Assembly: GCF_006345805.1 (NCBI RefSeq)
Contig: NW_021833201.1
Location: 1 to 28,943 of the forward strand
DNA: 28,943 nucleotides
Origin: Octopus sinensis
Lineage: Eukaryota
Reading direction: 5' to 3'
Shown piece by piece: positions 24,230 through 28,943 of the stretch. The notes below the pieces were generated by a model, which had not been told where the DNA came from, made no database searches, and saw only the letters and a list, made by a program, of their open reading frames with translations. A program made the position numbers and the translations under genes. The stretch's first letter is position 1, and every line of letters begins with the position of its first letter.

Positions 24230-24638
24230 ATTGTCGTGCAGTTAGTGTTTATACCTTGTTCAGAGATTTATTGTTGCTTATATACACTTTTTAAAAATCA
24301 GTGATGAAATGTTACTGGAAAAAGGATATAAATATTTGCATTGGGACTCCTTTCATCGAAAACCGGTGATTGTAGTGCGCTGATGACGGGTCACAACCCA
24401 GAAACTGCAGTCGGTGCGTATCACTTAGCTTATCGAGAGAAGCATGACCGCCCTACGCAAATACTGATAGGGCACAGAAAGTGTGCCTATAGCCAGCTGG
24501 AGGAGATGTTCTGCTGGGGCTACAAGCTACAGTAACACCCACCCTTAGTGGCTAGCCATATTGAGATTGCAAATATACCTCACATTGTCGTGTAGTTACT
24601 GTTTATATACCACGTTCGAGATATATTGTTGCGTATAT
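24230..24638 (+). mobile_element. Retrozyme-like / Penelope-associated non-coding element: 354-bp unit with ~55-bp terminal direct repeat, in (TA)n
   Basis: ATTGTCGTGCAGTTAGTGTTTATACC..GAGATTTATTGTTGCTTATATA (24230-24284) is repeated at 24584-24638; a hammerhead motif lies inside. Confidence 0.6.
24366..24424 (+). ncRNA. Type I hammerhead ribozyme motif (slightly degenerate)
   Basis: CTGATGA 24380-24386; stem II GGGT-caca-ACCC; GAAAC 24401-24405; palindromic stem III ACTGCAGT; GTC site 24410-24412; stem I GTGAT..GTGC / GTGC..ATCAC with an internal loop. Mismatches at the core-proximal pairs of stem I (G-G) and stem II (C-A). Confidence 0.68.
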
Positions 24639-24690
24639 ATATATATATACAAAGATATTTATATATATATATATAAATATATATATATAT

Positions 24691-25447
24691 ATTATATAAA
24701 AGGGCTTAGTAAAATAAATTACTTTGCCGCATACTGAACTCATTAGAAATAGCAGCTAAAAAACTTTTTTAAGGCTATTTCTAATACTTAAAGAAATCTC
24801 TCTCATATATAGTGTTTGCATAATTTAACTCACAAAAGTTTGGGGGTAATGACATCGAAAAATCAAATGCTAAGGTTATTCGAGAACGTACGTTTCAAGA
24901 TTAGTCAAAACAACATTTCTATCATCGGCTCGGAAATTCCTTGGTTTGGATTTGGAAACACTGAAAATAAGAACATACCCTCTCGAAGATCTGCTCCCAA
25001 CTAACAGTGTCAACAAATTCAAAATAAGCAAGCGAAGAATCTCTGTTCTCCCCTTTCCACCAGCGTTTAACCCACGCTGGTGGAAAGGGGAGAACAGAGA
25101 TTCTTCGCTTGCTTATTTTGAATTGTTGACACTGTTAGTTGGGAGCAGATCTTCGAGAGGGTATGTTCTTATTTTCAGTGTTTCCAAATCCAAACCAAGG
25201 AATTTCCGAGCCGATATAGAAATGTTGTTTTGACTAATCTTGAAACGTACGTTCTCGAATAACCTTAGCATTTGATTTTTCGATGTCATTACCCCCAAAC
25301 TTTTGTGAGTTAAATTATGCAACACTATATATGAGAGAGATTTTCTTTAAGTATTAGAAATAGCCTTAAAAAAGTTTTTTAGCTGCTATTTCTAATGAGT
25401 TCAGTATGCGGCAAAGTAATTTATTTTACTAAGCCCTTTTATATAAT
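24691..25447. repeat. Large palindrome: ~375-bp arms (24691-25066 / 25074-25447), 7-nt spacer
   Basis: The arms are reverse complements differing only by a few 1-bp indels. Confidence 0.95.
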
Positions 25448-26092
25448 GTAATAATTTGAATTCGCCTTGAATGGTCCCTTTGCATACTGAACACTTGGTG
25501 AAATTGATTAATAATTAATTAATTTTGCCCTCAATTGTTGAATTATAATTAATCTCCCTCTGATTAATGCTTCGACTTTACCGAAATAAGCATAGAGTTT
25601 GATGATTTTAACCCACGCTGGTGGAAAGGGGAGAACGAGATTCTTCGCTTGCTTATTTTGAATTTGTTGACACTGTTAGTTGGGAGCAGATCTTCGAGAG
25701 GGTATGTTCTTATTTTCAGTGTTTCCAAATCCAAACCAAGGAATTTCCGAGCCGATGATAGAAATGTTGTTTTGACTAATCTTGAAACGTACGTTCTCGA
25801 ATAACCTTAGCATTTGATTTTTCGATGTCATTACCACCAAACTTTTGTGAGTTAAATTATGCAAACACTATATAATGAGAGAGATTTTCTTTAAGTATTA
25901 GAAATAGCCTTAAAAAAGTTTTTTAGCTGCTATTTCTAATGAGTTCAGTATGCGGCAAAGTAATTTATTTTACTAAGCCCTTTTATATAATGTAATAATT
26001 TGAATTCGCCTTGAATGGTCCCTTTGCATACTGAACACTTGGTGAAATTGATTAATAATTAATTAATTTTGCCCTCAATTGTTGAAATTATA
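25066..26092. mobile_element. 541-bp unit in partial tandem (25066-25606, 25607-26092); with the inverted arm this gives a Penelope-like pseudo-LTR arrangement
   Basis: TTTAACCCACGCTGGTGGAAAGGGG starts at both 25066 and 25607; the whole structure is flanked by (TA)n. The PLE assignment rests on architecture only. Confidence 0.55.
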
Positions 26093-26213
26093 TATATATA
26101 TATATATATATGTATAAATAATAAATATATTATATAATATATATATGTATAAATATATAAATATATGCGTATGTATATATATACATACATACAAAGATAT
26201 ATAAAAATAAAAT

Positions 26214-26928
26214 TGTTAAGGGTAAGATTGATTGGTAAACATTATTATGAAAATGTCGGAGCCAGCAGATAAAAATTTGTTGTTCTAATCGCATACCGTA
26301 GGATGTGAAAGATGAACAATGCAGGAAGTTTCAAGGAAATCTTTATTTACCGTTACGTTACAATACCTTGCCTCGATGAACAGGTTATAATAGATCAAAA
26401 AGCATGCGAAGTAAAGTTTGATAGGGTAGCCCGCTTCTTTACATAGTTTGGCGTATACGAATAGTTAGTAGTAATCCACAGATAGCGACAGAATGATGTT
26501 GTAAGAGAAGAGAATTAGAGCTGGTGAGATGTGTAGGGTATGGGACGTTGTCTCACAGTTGCTGACAGTAAACTTCATTTCTTCCTCTGACCAAGGCTGG
26601 TCAGCCAGACCTCATTGAGTCGTCACAGACTGTGACTAACTGATTTTTGCTTGGGGTATTTTTGCCGAAGGATAGACATACCATTGAGAACAATATATTT
26701 AGTTGGTGGTCTTGTTATCTCTATTCTAGCTTTTGGTGATGTAGAATTGGTTAGAAAGGGTCAAGTGGGAAGACATTATTTCGGCCGAGCGAAAGGGCAT
26801 CTGGAAAATGTAAAAACTGCTGTCAGAGAAAAACCATTGTTTCACCGTGGGAAAAGTTCTGCTGCAGTTTTAATTTAGATTTGACAGTGGTGGATCGAAA
26901 CCACTTCATGCTTGCAAGATCCACTACA
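26214..26928 (-). mobile_element. Solo-LTR-like repeat, uninterrupted diverged copy (~715 bp)
   Basis: TGT...CTACA termini; minus-strand AATAAA at 26342-26347; colinear with 10472-11378. Confidence 0.55.
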
Positions 26929-26950
26929 TATATATATATATATGTGTGTG

Positions 26951-26988
<38 letters not shown>

Positions 26989-27046
26989 TGTGTATGTGTG
27001 TGTGTACGGCTGACCACCTAGTGGTTTTTGCCCTTTAAATATACAA

Positions 27047-27108
<62 letters not shown>

Positions 27109-27170
27109 ATAGACAGATAGATAGATTGAGAGAGAGAGAGAGGGAACGAGAGACAGACAGGCATAGGGAG

Positions 27171-27437
27171 ATAAATTATCATTTATTGGGATCCTTGCAG
27201 AATTCTCTTAATGGGGAGAACTTTGATTGTTTAAAAGAGTGTAGAAGCTACTTAGACAAGTTAATGACCCAGAAATATAGCAAGTTCTGGAAGGACAGGG
27301 TCATGAAGCTGCCTCAAAGATGGCGAAAGGTAGGGGAACAAAATGGGAAATATTTGATTTGAGTAAAGCTATGCACGGCATCTAAGACTATAAAAATTTT
27401 ACTTACAAAATGCTAGAAAGTTTTTTGCAAACCGAAC
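27171..27437 (+). mobile_element. mariner transposase C-terminal relic with degenerate 3' TIR
   Basis: NYHLLGSLQNSLNGENF..KFWKDRVMKLPQRWRKVGEQNGKYLI* matches the DYHLF.SLQN.L.G..F / GI.KL..RW.KV...NG.Y mariner C-terminus. Confidence 0.88.
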
Positions 27438-27474
27438 AAACACAGACATACATAATATAACGGTATTCATAATG

Positions 27475-27533
<59 letters not shown>

Positions 27534-27669
27534 TACACATACACACAAACACACACACATACACACACACTTTCAAATGCACACGCATACACACACACAT
27601 ACTCACATACATACACATACACACACACACATACATACACATACAGGCATACACACACACACACATTGG

Positions 27670-27800
27670 TTTTAAACTTTGGCACTCGACCAGCAATTTC
27701 AAGTCAGGATTTAAGTGGATTATATCAACCCTTGTGCTTAATAAGTATTTATTTTATCGAGCGAAACGATGACATGTAACAGCAACCCAGGCGACAGTAA
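27670..27800 (-). mobile_element. Decayed Nin/Deu-type SINE remnant
   Basis: AACTTTGGCAC..CCAGCAATTT..GATTATATCAACCC..GTATTTATTTTATCGA resembles 12826-12950. Confidence 0.5.
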
Positions 27801-28174
27801 CGGTTCTGCCGGCTCAAACTGTATGCATGCATGTGTGTGTGTGTGTATGTACCCCTATGTGTATAGGTTTGTGCATAAAGAGAGAGAGTGAGAGAGAGAG
27901 AGAGAAAGAGAGAGGGAGGAAGGGAGCAAGTTATAAATTCTTGGTATTTATAAAATACATCCCAAATTTCCCAGTTTAGACAAATTGAGGACACAACATA
28001 AACATAGTAATTATATCTTTAATTACTTCTAATTAGCTGTAATTATGCAATTTCAATGTGCTTTACTGCTCACACGCTTAATTTCAGCCTGTTCATATTT
28101 AAAAACTATTCTTTATTTCATTTACGAGATTATTATATATCTGGAAAGGCATTATTACCCTCTCATCTCACCTT

Positions 28175-28565
28175 GTATTCTCCCATTTAGAGGTGCCATA
28201 ATCAACTGCATTTTATATTTCATTTATATTTAGGGGAACAGGACAATTGAAGGAGACTTTTGGTATCGCTAAGCCTAACAGAAATAGCAGTTGACAAATA
28301 TGCCAGGAAAAGATCGTTTGGAATTCGTATTAAAGATTTAGGACGAGAAATAGGGAAAGGGTTAAAATATCAGTTGTAGCTATGGGTATTCTCACATTTA
28401 CAGGTTCCATAATCAACTGCATTTGAAACTTATTTTAATAAAGTTTAGGGGAACAGGACAAACGAAGGGACATTTGATATGGCTAAACCTACAGAAACAG
28501 CAGTTGACAAATGTATCAGAAAAAATTCTTTTATTAGGGATTTAGAACGAGAGAAGGGTTTAAAA
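28175..28565. repeat. Diverged two-copy tandem repeat, period ~211 bp
   Basis: GTATTCTC.CATTTA.AGGT.CCATAATCAACTGCATTT..TTTAGGGGAACAGGACAA..GCAGTTGACAAAT at 28175 and 28386. Confidence 0.85.
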
Positions 28566-28671
28566 GAGAGGCCAAGTGTTTGAGTTTTTAGGTTAGGGTT
28601 TAAGTTGTAGGTATTGGTTAGGTTTAAGGGTTACGGTATACAGGTTATGTTTAGAAATACGTGGGGAAACT

Positions 28672-28706
<35 letters not shown>

Positions 28707-28825
28707 CAGTGTGAACATATGAGAAAAAAATAAGTATTTTTGTAATATCCAATGAGTAAAATGTAGAATTGTGAAACGAATTGCGTGAATAAGAAGATAC
28801 AGCTTTTCTTCCACCCCCACCCACA

Positions 28826-28943
28826 TATATATATATACACATATATGCATATATGTATGTATGCATGTATGTATGTATGTATGTATGTATGTATGTATGA
28901 TGTATGTATGTATGTATGCATGTATGTATGTATGCATGTATGT
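28826..28943. repeat. (TA)/(TATG)n microsatellite
   Basis: Direct reading. Confidence 0.92.

Noticed and set aside
25067-25073. TTAACCC palindrome spacer resembling a telomere repeat
   Set aside because: A single hexamer that is also part of the unit at 25607; likely chance.
25556-25600. Hammerhead-like CTGATTA..CGAAAT..ATA in the 541-bp unit
   Set aside because: The core deviates from CUGANGA, and stems I and II do not pair convincingly.
27008-27021. 14-bp inverted match (GGCTGACCACCTAG) to the LTR-like repeat at 10994
   Set aside because: Too short to interpret.

Overview
Eukaryotic, AT-rich, microsatellite-saturated non-coding DNA. The SINE families and repeat landscape match what I recall of an octopus (coleoid cephalopod) genome; this assignment is an inference. 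There is no intact protein-coding gene, and nearly all ORF-track entries are translations of (TA)n/(TG)n/(TATG)n/(GATA)n tracts. The window holds many tRNA-derived SINEs of at least three families, a 5'-truncated decayed CR1-clade LINE (8469-10461, -), an RTE RT fragment, pogo/Tigger and mariner transposase relics, and three copies of a solo-LTR-like repeat. A ~7.04 kb head-to-tail tandem duplication (10032-17069 / 17070-24105) contains an older ~1.5-2 kb duplication and a multi-step template-switch scar. The most interesting part is 24230-26092: a 354-bp retrozyme-like unit carrying a type I hammerhead ribozyme motif, next to a ~375-bp-arm palindrome plus tandem copy with Penelope-like pseudo-LTR architecture. 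One candidate host exon lies at 2136-2289 (-).
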